IMG/VR virus record: IMGVR_UViG_3300046691_000092
Span: 3,541 to 67,540 of that record
Reading direction: 5' to 3' (one strand)
Source: a virus
DNA length: 64,000 bases
This document shows positions 39,704 to 49,679 of the stretch, piece by piece. The notes under the pieces were generated by a model, which was given only the letters and a program-made list of their open reading frames with translations, was not told the DNA's origin and did no database searches. A program made the translations under genes and the position numbers. Position 1 is the stretch's first letter. The number at the start of each line of letters is the position of its first letter.

Positions 39704-40317
39704 TTCGGGTTTGCCCCCCAATAAAGCCGGACGTCACCCATGATGTCGATATATCGCCCGAACCGGTCACCGCTGCGACGGCTAAGCGTGGCGTCCGAAA
39801 ACTTCGCGGGGTTCGTGCGGGTCAGTTCGTTGGTGATTGACGTCGCGGTGATCTGGATTGCGCCTTCGCCACCCACGCGCCCGCGTTGCGGATCAGCCTT
39901 GTTGACTGTGCCCATGAAATGCAGCATGGGCGGGTCCGCGAGTTGACCGGTTGCCGGGTCGATAATTCCCCGGTGGATTTCGATACGCGCGTTCCGGACG
40001 TCATGACCGCGCACCATTTCATTCACCTTCGGGTGAATATTGGAAAGCTTCACGCCGAGCGTGTAGACGTTCAGGCCGACGGAAAGCGTGATTGGATCGA
40101 CACCCCGGAGCGCGCCCGCGCCGAAATATTCGCGGGTAGCGGGAAGCCCTGTTTGACCGCTGATGACCGGCAATGAAACGACCGGATCGATATCGGAAAA
40201 GAACCCGAATTCGAATAGGCCGACGACCGTTTGCACCCACACATAATCGCGAACGGAAATTCCGTTCGCCGGTGCATTGTGCAAGACGTTGTATGTGTTT
40301 GTCGGGACGCTTCTCAT
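39700..40317 (-). CDS. tail hub / minor tail protein
   Basis: Synteny after Dit; ends R.GD.F..Y.....LYWG. Confidence 0.65.
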   Translation of the reverse strand: MRSVPTNTYNVLHNAPANGISVRDYVWVQTVVGLFEFGFFSDIDPVVSLPVISGQTGLPATREYFGAGALRGVDPITLSVGLNVYTLGVKLSNIHPKVNEMVRGHDVRNARIEIHRGIIDPATGQLADPPMLHFMGTVNKADPQRGRVGGEGAIQITATSITNELTRTNPAKFSDATLSRRSGDRFGRYIDIMGDVRLYWGANPK

Positions 40318-40937
40318 AGTTTTTGAATGGCCCTCATGCCGAAACCTGACATTTTCCAGTTTGAGGAGTCCGCGCTACCATAGTCAAGCCCCGATGGGTC
40401 GAACTGGCATTGAATTTTCGGGTCTTTCAACACGACCGCCGTGTTGACTGGCGTTGCTGCCGGAATGGTCGGGAAAACCCGGAACGCGTTGGTAATCCCC
40501 GCGCCGTTTGCGGTCGCGGGCCGACTAGCTTCATAGAACCCGCGCCGCCCGGCGAAGTCGATTTGCATAAAGTCGCCGACGGAAATCTTGTAACCGGTCG
40601 GCAACCCCTTCAGCGTGAGCGTGCCGTCACTGCCGACCGAATCGACTTGCACCGTGGCGCTTCCTAGAATCGACCCGTCCGGATCGGCGCGAGGAAAGCG
40701 CGCGATAGGGTCATAGATGTCAAACACCTGACCGGGCCGGTTCAGATCGTTCAGCGTGGCGCGGATGTATCGCCCGTCATCGAATGTTGACAAGGGCGTT
40801 TCGATGTCCACGGCCCATAGTGGCGTTGCAAGTTCAGCCGTCAGGATTTGACCGCCGCCGTTGCCTTCGACTTCGTCGTTCCGTTGCGGGCGGATTGTGA
40901 TCCGGGTAATCTCGAAAACGTCGTTCAGTACCGTCAT
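40314..40937 (-). CDS. distal tail protein (Dit-like)
   Basis: Follows the tape measure; PLW, YDP..RFP.ADP.G, GY.ISVGD. Confidence 0.7.
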   Translation of the reverse strand: MTVLNDVFEITRITIRPQRNDEVEGNGGGQILTAELATPLWAVDIETPLSTFDDGRYIRATLNDLNRPGQVFDIYDPIARFPRADPDGSILGSATVQVDSVGSDGTLTLKGLPTGYKISVGDFMQIDFAGRRGFYEASRPATANGAGITNAFRVFPTIPAATPVNTAVVLKDPKIQCQFDPSGLDYGSADSSNWKMSGFGMRAIQKL

Positions 40938-40938
40938 T

Positions 40939-43134
40939 CTATCGCATCCGTGGGTTTGACGCTACGCGGTCAATGCTTTGCGGTAGCTGATGGGTGTCGT
41001 ATTGGTCAAGGGCGTCGCGCGTCGCGTCATAGGCGATCTTCTTAATCGACTCATCGCCATTCGCGTGCAAGTGCTGAACGATCGTCACACCACCGTTGTT
41101 CTGGTTGGCGGCACCGGCGAATGTCGGCGTGCCCGGCGCGCTGATACGGTTGTTCGGGATGACTTGCGAGCCGCCCGGCACGCGCATCAGTTCCGGGCCT
41201 TTCTCGCCGACCATCTTCCAACCGCCCGACGAATACGCCGTGCCCGTTGCGTGACCGCCGAACAGACTCATGAACCCGCTAAGAACGCCGCTTCCGCCGC
41301 CCTTCCAAAGACTGTCAAAGATACCGTCCAGCGCGGAGTCAAGAATCTTGTCGCCGATCCTGCCGAGCGCATCAACTGCCGAGTCACCGAATGATTTCCA
41401 CAAGCCTTCGCCGTCTGCAAGATTGGTCTTCAGATCGGTAAAGAAGCCCTTGAACGTGTCCTTGCCGAAGTCGTAAGCCTCGCGCAAATTCTTCATCTGC
41501 ACTTCGGCGTTTGCCATCTGATCGGCAAGCCCCTGCAATTGCGTCGTCTGTTCGGGGGTTAGCTTGATACCCTTCGATTGTGCGTCGTTGAACAGCTTTT
41601 GACTTGCGGTCAGCTTCGCGGCCTGAAGGTCTGTCATGCCGAGCGTTTGCGCGAGCAATTGCTGTTTCTCAATATATTGCTGCGTTGACGTGATTAGCGC
41701 CTTATAGTCCTTGGCCTGACGTGCGGCGTCACGTTCGCCCTTCGATACGCCCGACTTTTTCGGCTTGTTCCACGTGCCGCCCGCATACATGCTTTCGGTC
41801 GACGGGCGATCTTCGGGGGTCGGAATGTCACCGTACGGGACAACCGCGCCTTGCGAATAGGTCTTGCCGTCCGCGCCCCGGAACGTACTGTTGCCTACGA
41901 TATCCTGAACGTTGTCGCCGCCCGCGAGTGCCGTCACAAGCTGTTTCTGACCTTCGGCGGCAGTTTCAGCGGCGTTGCGAATGCGATCCGCCAACGCGTC
42001 AAAGGCGTCACCGAACTTTTCAAGCGACGGTACGCCAAATTGCGCAATTGCGGACGCGAGCGCGTTTTGCACTTCAAGCATGGCTTCCGCGTCAACGCGA
42101 CCTTGCTTCGTGGCGTCCGTGACCTTTTCCCACGCGTTTTGAAGCTTGCCGATCTGTTCACTTGACCCGTCAAGCATTCCGAGCGTTGCGATAGTGTCGG
42201 CGAACTGAACGTTCAGGTCTTCTAGTTCTTTGCGGACCGGTGCGAAATTGATGTTCGTGAAATCATTCGCAGCGGTGATTGCATCACTTACCGTCTTGAC
42301 CCTGTCGAGTTGGTCAACGTAAGCCTGAAGCGCCGGGACGGCAGCACCCCATGCGCCCGCAACATCGCGAATAAGCTCTTCCTGTTCCTTCAGCGTCCGA
42401 ACAGCTTCCTGACTGCCGAAAGCAAGGTCCATGAAATACTGAAGCGCATAACCGCCTAGCGCGATCGTTGCGATGATAAGCAAATCGACGGGTGACGCGA
42501 GTGACGCGAACGCTTCGCCGAGCCCTTCAATCACACCGGTCAAGCCTTGGCCGGAAAAGATTTGACTTAGCTGCGTGCCCTGTTGCAAAGCGATCTGGAA
42601 AGGCGATTGACCGCCCGCAAGCTGCACCGCGATATCGTTGAACTGTGCGGTGATGTTACCAAGCTGACCTTGAAGACCCTTACCGGTTTGGGTAAGTTTC
42701 CCGGCGTCGCCGTTCGTGTCCTTCAGGTGGTCCCCGGCCTTATCCGCCGCGTTGCCGAGTTGATCGACACCGCCAGCGGCGGTTGCGGTCGCGCCTGCAA
42801 GTGCCGTCGTTTGAGCCGTCGCGGCGTCGACTGTCGCGGATAGCTGCGCAACACCTGACCACGCCTTTGACAGCGAACCGGTTGCGGCACCGCTCATGGA
42901 CGTAAAGGACTTTTGGAGTTGTTCGACGTTGTCGTTTGCGGACACAAGAGTCCGCTGAAGCTTTTCGACTTCAGCGCCTGCATCACCGCCGCCCGAACCG
43001 GACGACGCGGAATTCACCGAACCGCTGAACGCTTCAAGCGCGCGGCGCGCTTCGGCAAGATCGGCCATAAGCGGCCCAAGGTCACCACGTACCGGAACGG
43101 TAAGTTCTGCGATAGCTGTACCCTGAGCCGCCAT
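40939..43134 (-). CDS. tape measure protein
   Basis: QFNDIAVQLAGGQSPFQIALQQGTQ lambda-type TMP N motif; VGEKGPEL C motif; Ala-rich helical. Confidence 0.9.
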   Translation of the reverse strand: MAAQGTAIAELTVPVRGDLGPLMADLAEARRALEAFSGSVNSASSGSGGGDAGAEVEKLQRTLVSANDNVEQLQKSFTSMSGAATGSLSKAWSGVAQLSATVDAATAQTTALAGATATAAGGVDQLGNAADKAGDHLKDTNGDAGKLTQTGKGLQGQLGNITAQFNDIAVQLAGGQSPFQIALQQGTQLSQIFSGQGLTGVIEGLGEAFASLASPVDLLIIATIALGGYALQYFMDLAFGSQEAVRTLKEQEELIRDVAGAWGAAVPALQAYVDQLDRVKTVSDAITAANDFTNINFAPVRKELEDLNVQFADTIATLGMLDGSSEQIGKLQNAWEKVTDATKQGRVDAEAMLEVQNALASAIAQFGVPSLEKFGDAFDALADRIRNAAETAAEGQKQLVTALAGGDNVQDIVGNSTFRGADGKTYSQGAVVPYGDIPTPEDRPSTESMYAGGTWNKPKKSGVSKGERDAARQAKDYKALITSTQQYIEKQQLLAQTLGMTDLQAAKLTASQKLFNDAQSKGIKLTPEQTTQLQGLADQMANAEVQMKNLREAYDFGKDTFKGFFTDLKTNLADGEGLWKSFGDSAVDALGRIGDKILDSALDGIFDSLWKGGGSGVLSGFMSLFGGHATGTAYSSGGWKMVGEKGPELMRVPGGSQVIPNNRISAPGTPTFAGAANQNNGGVTIVQHLHANGDESIKKIAYDATRDALDQYDTHQLPQSIDRVASNPRMR

Positions 43135-43391
43135 TATGATTTCTTCCGTGCTTTCGTTACTGCGTTATGTGTCCGGGCAAAATCACGAATTGCGTTCGGC
43201 GTTGGTTTTGGGCTTGGGCGGTCCGATTTTTCGGAACCGAATACCGCCCGGAGCATATCAACTTTACCTTCGTATCCCATGACGATATGATTCATATTCA
43301 TCGTCATGACGTCTTCTTCGGATAATCCGAGCCACCCGACTCCCACCTTGAATAACCAATCAAGGTATTGTTCGGGTGTTAGGAGTTTCCC
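43134..43391 (-). CDS. tail assembly chaperone, -1 frameshift extension (gpGT-like)
   Basis: The -1 frame is open from the slippery site (KLLTPEQYLDWLFKVGVGWLG...) to the stop at 43134. Confidence 0.75.
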   Translation of the reverse strand, partial: GKLLTPEQYLDWLFKVGVGWLGLSEEDVMTMNMNHIVMGYEGKVDMLRAVFGSEKSDRPSPKPTPNAIRDFARTHNAVTKARKKS

Positions 43392-43747
43392 CCGGATTCA
43401 CCCTTTTCGGTGTTGTCGTCGTTCGGGTCTTTCGGCGGCTTGCCGCCATTTGCCAGAATATGCACGAAGCGCACGAGCGGGGCGGCAAGGTCAGTCAGGC
43501 CGGTTTCGTAAACGCGTTGGTCAAGACCTTCGCGGCCCTTGTCGGTCAGGCCGATTCCGTGGTCGATGACGTATTGGATCATGTCGAAGTCGAGCGATCC
43601 GAGCGCGTTTGCAACGGCGAGGTAACCGCCCTTCGAACGCGAAATCATCTTTGCCGCACGAAGCGTTGGTTTCAGTGTGTAGGCCGTAAGCTCGCCGCCC
43701 GGTTTGTCGACAAGCTTGATTTCAATTTCTCCGAGTCCAAGGCTCAT
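43379..43747 (-). CDS. tail assembly chaperone (gpG-like)
   Basis: Between tail tube and TMP; ends GGG GGA AAC TCC TAA. Confidence 0.8.
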   Translation of the reverse strand: MSLGLGEIEIKLVDKPGGELTAYTLKPTLRAAKMISRSKGGYLAVANALGSLDFDMIQYVIDHGIGLTDKGREGLDQRVYETGLTDLAAPLVRFVHILANGGKPPKDPNDDNTEKGESGGNS

Positions 43748-43769
43748 TTCAGTTTCTCCGTTTGAAATG

Positions 43770-44273
43770 TCAGGTAGCAGCGTCTTCAACGATCAGCGAA
43801 TTGATACCGATCGGGAAGTTCTGGCGAACGACGTTTTCGACGTTGCCGATGTTGCGGCGCTTCGACATGACCTTACCGATAAAGTAAAGCGTGGTCGGGG
43901 TGCCGGTGATTGTAAGCTGATCGTTCAGCGTGACTTTGAAGGGGAAGTCCAGATCGGACGCGAACGCGTCAATCATGGCCTGTTGACCCGCGTCGGTCGG
44001 ATCGGAACCGACGGTGCACGTGATCGTACCGGCGTTGAAGGTGCCCTTGAACTTGCGCACGCGGCGGTTCTTCAGGGCGGTAAAGGTGATTTCGGAAGCT
44101 TCGTCGCCGAATTCGCCAAGGTCTTCGGCTTCGCCGACTTCGACCCATGCAAGCGCTTCGGCGGCGGTGATGATCGCGGCGGCGGTCGACGCTTCGTTTT
44201 CGATCAGGGTAACGAAAGAAGGTGTTTGCGGAGCAATGTAAATTGCTGAACCGGCAGCGGTATTGACGCCCAT
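43770..44273 (-). CDS. major tail (tube) protein
   Basis: W.EVGE.EDLGEFGD...RKFKGT.NAG...D.GQ. Confidence 0.85.
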   Translation of the reverse strand: MGVNTAAGSAIYIAPQTPSFVTLIENEASTAAAIITAAEALAWVEVGEAEDLGEFGDEASEITFTALKNRRVRKFKGTFNAGTITCTVGSDPTDAGQQAMIDAFASDLDFPFKVTLNDQLTITGTPTTLYFIGKVMSKRRNIGNVENVVRQNFPIGINSLIVEDAAT

Positions 44274-44275
44274 GT

Positions 44276-44713
44276 TTATTCCGTCCTTACGACTAGTGTG
44301 ACGACCCGTCCGACAATCGAATCTGTATCAGTCGGCGCGGCAATCGGTCCTGTTACATTGATGGATACCACGTGGTAATCTGGATTGGCTAGCACGCGGG
44401 GTTGACGGTGAAAGACTTCCCGGAGCAAGCGCGCGATTCCGTCGACACGGCGCGTATGATCTTCCGGCGTTCCGGGTGCGGCGACCCGGCCAAAAATGAA
44501 CACATCCTTCGTGATGACTTCGCGACGCGCCTTGAGCCCGTCAAAGTCGCCGTGCGCGACGTCAAAGGGAATGACGATCAGCGGATACGTTGCGTCTTCC
44601 GGCAGCGGGCGGCGCGTGAACACGGCGGGTTCCCCTTGCCATTGCGACAAGACGTTTGTGATTTCAGGTTCGGCGAGGATCGCGGCCCGGACGTCCTTGG
44701 TGATGTCGGTCAC
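44276..44713 (-). CDS. tail terminator (DUF3168-like)
   Basis: Synteny; PEDATYPLIV...LREVFHRQ. Confidence 0.65.
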   Translation of the reverse strand: MTDITKDVRAAILAEPEITNVLSQWQGEPAVFTRRPLPEDATYPLIVIPFDVAHGDFDGLKARREVITKDVFIFGRVAAPGTPEDHTRRVDGIARLLREVFHRQPRVLANPDYHVVSINVTGPIAAPTDTDSIVGRVVTLVVRTE

Positions 44714-45147
44714 TTGCTCAATTCCTTTACGATTTCGTCAACTATTCCTTGACGGATTTCGGCGGTTTTGTCTTGAAGCGCGGGTCGGGCGAACGGGCGG
44801 GGTGCAACGTCATAGGTGCGACCGTCGGCGTCCTGACCGACGAAGCCGTATTCCAGCCGTCGACCGTATCCCGTACCCACATTGACCGTTCCTTCAAGTT
44901 TTCCGTCGTCGTACTTCGTGGTAATGTTCCGGGCAAGATTGCCGGTGTCATTCGCCGGGGACTCGCCAGCGGCGGAAGCTTGGTGCATCCGACCTTTGCC
45001 GCGCTTGTAAAGCCTACCGGACTTGGGCGGGTTCATGATGCGCGCAACCATGTCGGTACGAAGAAGCTCCGTACCCTTCACGACGCCGCGCATGACCGCG
45101 CGTTCAAGGCTCGCAACGACAGGATCACCAAACCACCGGAGACTCAT
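44710..45147 (-). CDS. HK97 gp10-like neck protein
   Basis: HQASAAGESPANDTGNL...LEYG...APRPFARPA. Confidence 0.8.
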   Translation of the reverse strand: MSLRWFGDPVVASLERAVMRGVVKGTELLRTDMVARIMNPPKSGRLYKRGKGRMHQASAAGESPANDTGNLARNITTKYDDGKLEGTVNVGTGYGRRLEYGFVGQDADGRTYDVAPRPFARPALQDKTAEIRQGIVDEIVKELSK

Positions 45148-45509
45148 ACGACGTAACCCGCCCATCGGTAAGTTGCGTTGGCCGGGTCTTGTTCGACCTG
45201 TTGCCGAAGCTGATAGACCGCGCCCCGAATGGTTACACGATCGTCCTTCGTCGGGACGGTCTTGACAGATTGGGCAAGGATCAGGATAGACACATCGCCA
45301 TCGGGGATACCGGCGTTTGCGCGGTAGAACGCGGTGAAGTTTTCGGCGAAGCCTTCGAACGCAAACGTCTGTGCCGACGAAGCGACCGGATCACCAAAGG
45401 CGTCAAGCGTGCCGCCCGGAACATTCCGGGTCAGCACGCCTTTCAGGAGCTTGCCCTTAAAGCCTTTGTAGATCGCCTTGGCAATCTGACTTTCAAGCGG
45501 ACTCGCCAT
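45144..45509 (-). CDS. head closure / head-tail joining protein
   Basis: Synteny; GIPDGD...P...D.V...DPANATY. Confidence 0.6.
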   Translation of the reverse strand: MASPLESQIAKAIYKGFKGKLLKGVLTRNVPGGTLDAFGDPVASSAQTFAFEGFAENFTAFYRANAGIPDGDVSILILAQSVKTVPTKDDRVTIRGAVYQLRQQVEQDPANATYRWAGYVV

Positions 45510-45987
45510 TTGTAGCTTTCGCCTTTTCGATTTCCGCTTGCAGGCGCTTCACGCCCCAACGACCATCGAAGTCAACGTTCAGGGCTTTTGCTTCAGCGCG
45601 AAGCACGTCGATGTCAGGTTCCGACTCCGGTGCGACGACCGGGGCAGTGTTTTCAGGAGCGGCACCCGGTAGGCCGGGAAGTCCCGGAGCATTCGCCGGT
45701 GTGGCGGTTTCCGGCTCACCGGCGACAGGTTCGGCGACAGGTTCGGCGACTTCAGCCGGGGCGAACGGATCGGTTTCAAACCGCGAAATGCCTTCGTTCA
45801 GTGCATCCCATGTCACGCGATGCACGATGTGACGCATTTCGAATAGTTGCCGGAGTCGGCGCGGAGAAAACGCCGACTCCGGTACTGCGTCCCCCGGAGA
45901 AAGGGACGTGTCACCCGCGAGCAATTCGCGGCGGGTGACAAAATCCGTGCTGGCGTCGAAAGGTAACGACCAGACACTTTTACGCAT
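45493..45987 (-). CDS. post-capsid protein with C-terminal HeH-like domain
   Basis: LRAEAKALNVDFDGRWGVKRLQAEI; EPVA repeats. Confidence 0.6.
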   Translation of the reverse strand: MRKSVWSLPFDASTDFVTRRELLAGDTSLSPGDAVPESAFSPRRLRQLFEMRHIVHRVTWDALNEGISRFETDPFAPAEVAEPVAEPVAGEPETATPANAPGLPGLPGAAPENTAPVVAPESEPDIDVLRAEAKALNVDFDGRWGVKRLQAEIEKAKATNGESA

Positions 45988-47014
45988 CGGCGGCAACCGC
46001 GTTGCTGAAGAACACGCCGAGCGATTCGCCGATCAGGCGGGAATCCCATGCACCTTCGATTTCGATGCGGTCCGCGTTCAGGTGTTCCATGCGGAATTTC
46101 TTCACACGGAAGCCCTGACGGGAAGCACCAATCCAGCCGTTCCACGAGAACGTCAGACCGGCAGCGGGCATCATCGTGGATGCTACGCGCGGGGTGTAGA
46201 CCAGAAGCGCGCCCGTGGCGAAAATGAAGTTCGTGTTCGCATCGGTGCCGGGAATAGCGCCGACGGTGTTGCTGTTGACGACGGCTTCGGCGACAAGGAT
46301 TTCATCGACTTCGAGCAGCGCGGCCATTGCCTGACGGTTGACCTGTGCGGCACCGTTCGGAGTCTGACCGTACTTGACGCGGTCAACAAGGTCCGGGTGG
46401 TCGACAAGGTCATCATAGGTCTTCTTGCCGAGAACAAGCTTGTTCGGCTTGAAGCCGGTGCGGGCCTGAACGCGGCGCTTGGCTTCGCGGATGTCTTCGA
46501 TCGGGGTCGAAGCGGCCTGATCCCACTGGACGAACTGACCGGCGGTCGGGCCGGAAGCGACGCCCGCAAGATCGGTTGCCCACTTGCCGGTTGTCAGGAA
46601 CTTCGTGACGAAGTCGTTTTCTTTGCGGATCAGCGAAGCGTTCGTCAGAATGTCCGTCGCCTGACTGTCGAGCGAGAACACGGAGTCGGCGTTGCCGCGC
46701 GTGTTGTCCGAAATGTCGTGGTGCAGCGCCCAAACGTACGCGAAGTACGATTCTTGCGACTGGACCATGCCGATACCTGCCGACTCGGTGCCCGGCGCGC
46801 GCTGGCGCATGACGTCCTTGTTGAACTGTTCCGGATTGAAATTCCAGATCAGGTCAGCCTGTTTCGCAACCGGCACGATCGGAAAGACCTTGTCGGCAAT
46901 GAAGTTGTCGGCGGATTGCATGTAGGCAACCGACACGTTCGTCAGTGCGGCCTTGACATGCACGTCGCCCGGCATGGTGATAACACCGGCCTTTAGAATA
47001 TTCTGTTCGCTCAT
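45980..47014 (-). CDS. major capsid protein
   Basis: LTNVSVAY.Q...FIADKVFP.VPV; PNKLVLG...L.DHP; follows scaffold and decoration genes. Confidence 0.9.
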   Translation of the reverse strand: MSEQNILKAGVITMPGDVHVKAALTNVSVAYMQSADNFIADKVFPIVPVAKQADLIWNFNPEQFNKDVMRQRAPGTESAGIGMVQSQESYFAYVWALHHDISDNTRGNADSVFSLDSQATDILTNASLIRKENDFVTKFLTTGKWATDLAGVASGPTAGQFVQWDQAASTPIEDIREAKRRVQARTGFKPNKLVLGKKTYDDLVDHPDLVDRVKYGQTPNGAAQVNRQAMAALLEVDEILVAEAVVNSNTVGAIPGTDANTNFIFATGALLVYTPRVASTMMPAAGLTFSWNGWIGASRQGFRVKKFRMEHLNADRIEIEGAWDSRLIGESLGVFFSNAVAADA

Positions 47015-47037
47015 GATGCGTTTCTGCCCTTGTGTTA

Positions 47038-47409
47038 TTACGATGCGGGAATGGAGAGCTTGACCGGGACGACGTCGCCGACAGCACCGGCGAGAACGGC
47101 GGTGCCGACTGCCTTCGTACCACCGTTAACGATCGTGCCGTTTGCGCCGACATGAACGACAGAACCCTTGGTCACGCCGCCCGCGCCGACAAAGACCGGG
47201 ACGATACCGCGCACGGCAATACGACCGGCTTCGCCCTGTTCGAAGTTGCCCGTCAGAACGCCGTAAGGTGCAGCGTTCACACCGGCGAGCGTAACGCCAC
47301 CGGCACCGAAAACCACGAAGCGGTTTGCGCCGGGGGTAGTAGCATCGGAAGAAGCGTCGAAGCCGACGATTTCCGAGATTGCGTCAACATTTTCTTCAAA
47401 GTACGACAT
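47038..47409 (-). CDS. capsid cement/decoration protein (DUF2190-like)
   Basis: Gly/Ala/Val-rich; GIVPVFVG...AVGTAV.AGAVGDVV. Confidence 0.7.
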   Translation of the reverse strand: MSYFEENVDAISEIVGFDASSDATTPGANRFVVFGAGGVTLAGVNAAPYGVLTGNFEQGEAGRIAVRGIVPVFVGAGGVTKGSVVHVGANGTIVNGGTKAVGTAVLAGAVGDVVPVKLSIPAS

Positions 47410-47423
47410 TGGTCAGTCGCTCC

Positions 47424-48515
47424 TTATTCGTAAAGATCGGGATTGGCGTTGATCACGGCAGTCTTGGCGACTTCAATCGAAGTGCCGGGGTGCTGCTCCT
47501 GATACGCCTTGGCGAGCGTTTCGATTTTTGCCGACTTGGCAATGTCGACGCCGATCGCGGAAGTGCCGCGTTCGTTGAACGCACCGGAAAGACCGGTTTG
47601 CGCTGCCTTCAGCATGGCGGTAAGGGTGCCGCGTTCGGCTTCGCCCATCTTGCCCATTGCCTTCAGAACGGCGACCTTTTCAACCGACGTGCCCGGCAGA
47701 TTGCCGTAGTCGGTTTCGGCGACCTTCGTCAGTTCGACGGTGCGGGTGGCTTCGTGAGCCTTGGCAAGTTCTTCGTTTGCCTTGGCGAGTCGGGCGTCCT
47801 GTGCCTTCAGGATATCGAACATTGGAGCGCCGATAGCGGACTTGCGAATTTCGATCCCGTCGACAGACTTGAAGACGTCGTCTTCGGAAGCGGCCTTTTC
47901 AAGCGTCTTCTTGCGTTCGTCTTCGGAAGCGGCCTTGAACTTGTCGGCGGCTTCCTTGTCGGCCTTGGCGAGATATGCCTTTTCGGCGTCGGAAAACTTC
48001 GCCAGCGTTTCGGCTTCGTCAAGCTTCTTGGTCAGTTCAGCGACTTGCGCGGTGGATGCGTCAAGTGCCTTCTTGAGTTCTTCACTCATGTCGTTGTGTT
48101 CCTTTGCGATAACTGTGGTGAACAGCTTTTCGATATCGTCAGTGTTACCATCGATATCAGGGGATTGCATAGCGACAACGAATTGTGCTACGCTTTCCGC
48201 TATTTTACCCTGTCGATCGTCGCCCGAAAGTGATTCATCCGCGACGATAGAGCAGACAGAATCGCGCAACGCGTCCAGAAGCGGCCAAACCGCCTCTTTT
48301 GCTTCCCACTTGCGACGGCACTCTTCGTCATCGGCCATGAAGTCGTTGAACGAAGCCGCGCCGTCATCGGTGGAAAGGTATTTCGTGATCGTCTCAATTG
48401 TCGGTGAATCGTCGGATTTCATAATGGTCACGAGCGCGCCGGATTGTGCCGGAACGGTCACGCCGCTGATTTCCTTCAGGTGCAACGTTTTGATGATCTT
48501 GCGTTCTTTGGTCAT
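47424..48515 (-). CDS. scaffolding protein
   Basis: LKEISGVTVPAQSGA N-terminus; K/E/A-rich coiled coil; NPDLYE end. Confidence 0.7.
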   Translation of the reverse strand: MTKERKIIKTLHLKEISGVTVPAQSGALVTIMKSDDSPTIETITKYLSTDDGAASFNDFMADDEECRRKWEAKEAVWPLLDALRDSVCSIVADESLSGDDRQGKIAESVAQFVVAMQSPDIDGNTDDIEKLFTTVIAKEHNDMSEELKKALDASTAQVAELTKKLDEAETLAKFSDAEKAYLAKADKEAADKFKAASEDERKKTLEKAASEDDVFKSVDGIEIRKSAIGAPMFDILKAQDARLAKANEELAKAHEATRTVELTKVAETDYGNLPGTSVEKVAVLKAMGKMGEAERGTLTAMLKAAQTGLSGAFNERGTSAIGVDIAKSAKIETLAKAYQEQHPGTSIEVAKTAVINANPDLYE

Positions 48516-49249
48516 GCGGGTATCAACTCCCCTGAACCGCCGATAGAAAAGCCACTGTAAGTCCCGTCGCGGAACTTCTGAAGCATCGGTTCATTGTCCG
48601 GTTTCATAGCGATCATGAGCCCCGTTTGATCGGAGCGAATGCCCATCGCTTCGGCGATATCTTCCGTCACCGGAAACGCGAACACGACTTTGCCTTTTTC
48701 GCCGCCCACATGCATTTCTTTCGCGATGCGATCGTTTTGCATGTATTCGGATGTACCCTTCAACATAACATCTTCGGGGATGTGGTGACCTTGCGTGTCG
48801 AAGTGCGCGACGCCGTCAATCTTGGAAATGATCGCCCATCCGAACACGAGCCCAAGCGAATCATTGACCTTCGTCAGCTTGACTTGGTTCGTCACCGGGG
48901 AAATGTCGGCGAAGTGGGCGTCAAGCGTTTCCGCGCCGTCCAGCCAATGCGCAACCGCCCGGTGATGACCGTCGGCGATGTAAGATTTGCCGTTGTGGAT
49001 AACCACGAGCGGCTTTTTGCCGGACTTGTCGGCGCTTGCCCGGATCGCTTCAACCTTGCCGGTCGACACGCGGTTTTGCATGGCGGTCAAGGCGCTGATC
49101 GCGAAAGGCATGGTCGGCAGTGACTGCGTGTCCGTCAGCGCGCCGAAGAAACGCGGAACCTGATCTTCCCGGAGCGATCCGAGAATCTGACCGTCATAAT
49201 TGAACGGAATAGCCGAATGTTCGTTGTCGATCGGTGTAAGTGTGCGCAT
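48512..49249 (-). CDS. XkdF-like prohead protease with N-terminal ParB-like domain
   Basis: LVFGWA...DTQG...MH...G.YSGFSIGG; N-terminal PLVV.HNGKSYIADGHHRAV. Confidence 0.75.
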   Translation of the reverse strand: MRTLTPIDNEHSAIPFNYDGQILGSLREDQVPRFFGALTDTQSLPTMPFAISALTAMQNRVSTGKVEAIRASADKSGKKPLVVIHNGKSYIADGHHRAVAHWLDGAETLDAHFADISPVTNQVKLTKVNDSLGLVFGWAIISKIDGVAHFDTQGHHIPEDVMLKGTSEYMQNDRIAKEMHVGGEKGKVVFAFPVTEDIAEAMGIRSDQTGLMIAMKPDNEPMLQKFRDGTYSGFSIGGSGELIPA

Positions 49250-49337
49250 TGTTTTTCATTATCATGCGAAACGGGGGATTGACTAACGCGCATGATCGGT
49301 TACACGTGTTGACACATGACAACGGAGAGCCGATCAA

Positions 49338-49679
49338 TTGAAGTCCTACGAAGAATGTCGAGATATCGCGCGACACTACACTTCGCGAACGCCGTTCAAC
49401 GCGCTTGATAAGACTGCATACGACACCGCCCGTCGTAATGGGTGGCTTGACGAAATTTGCGCGCACATGACGGGGATATCGGGCAAAAACACCGGGGCAA
49501 TCGCGAACTATTCGGATAAAGACTTGATTGACGAAGCGAAAAAGTTCAGCACCCGTAAGGAAATGCGAGCAATCGCCGTGTCGGCTTATTCGGAAATTTA
49601 TGAACGGCGAATCAACGCCGTCGCATTTGCCCATATGCCCCTGTTGGTTCGGGGTGCAAAGAAAAGGAACGCAGCATGA
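49338..49679 (+). CDS. protein of two homing-endonuclease-associated-type repeats
   Basis: YEEC..IA.HYTSR..F....AY..ARRNGWLDEICAHM plus a second unit; AACGGAG RBS, TTG start. Confidence 0.6.
   Translation: MKSYEECRDIARHYTSRTPFNALDKTAYDTARRNGWLDEICAHMTGISGKNTGAIANYSDKDLIDEAKKFSTRKEMRAIAVSAYSEIYERRINAVAFAHMPLLVRGAKKRNAA

Noticed and set aside
45908-48546. Long plus-strand ORFs opposite the capsid and scaffold genes
   Set aside because: Shadow ORFs caused by codon bias; no RBS or motifs
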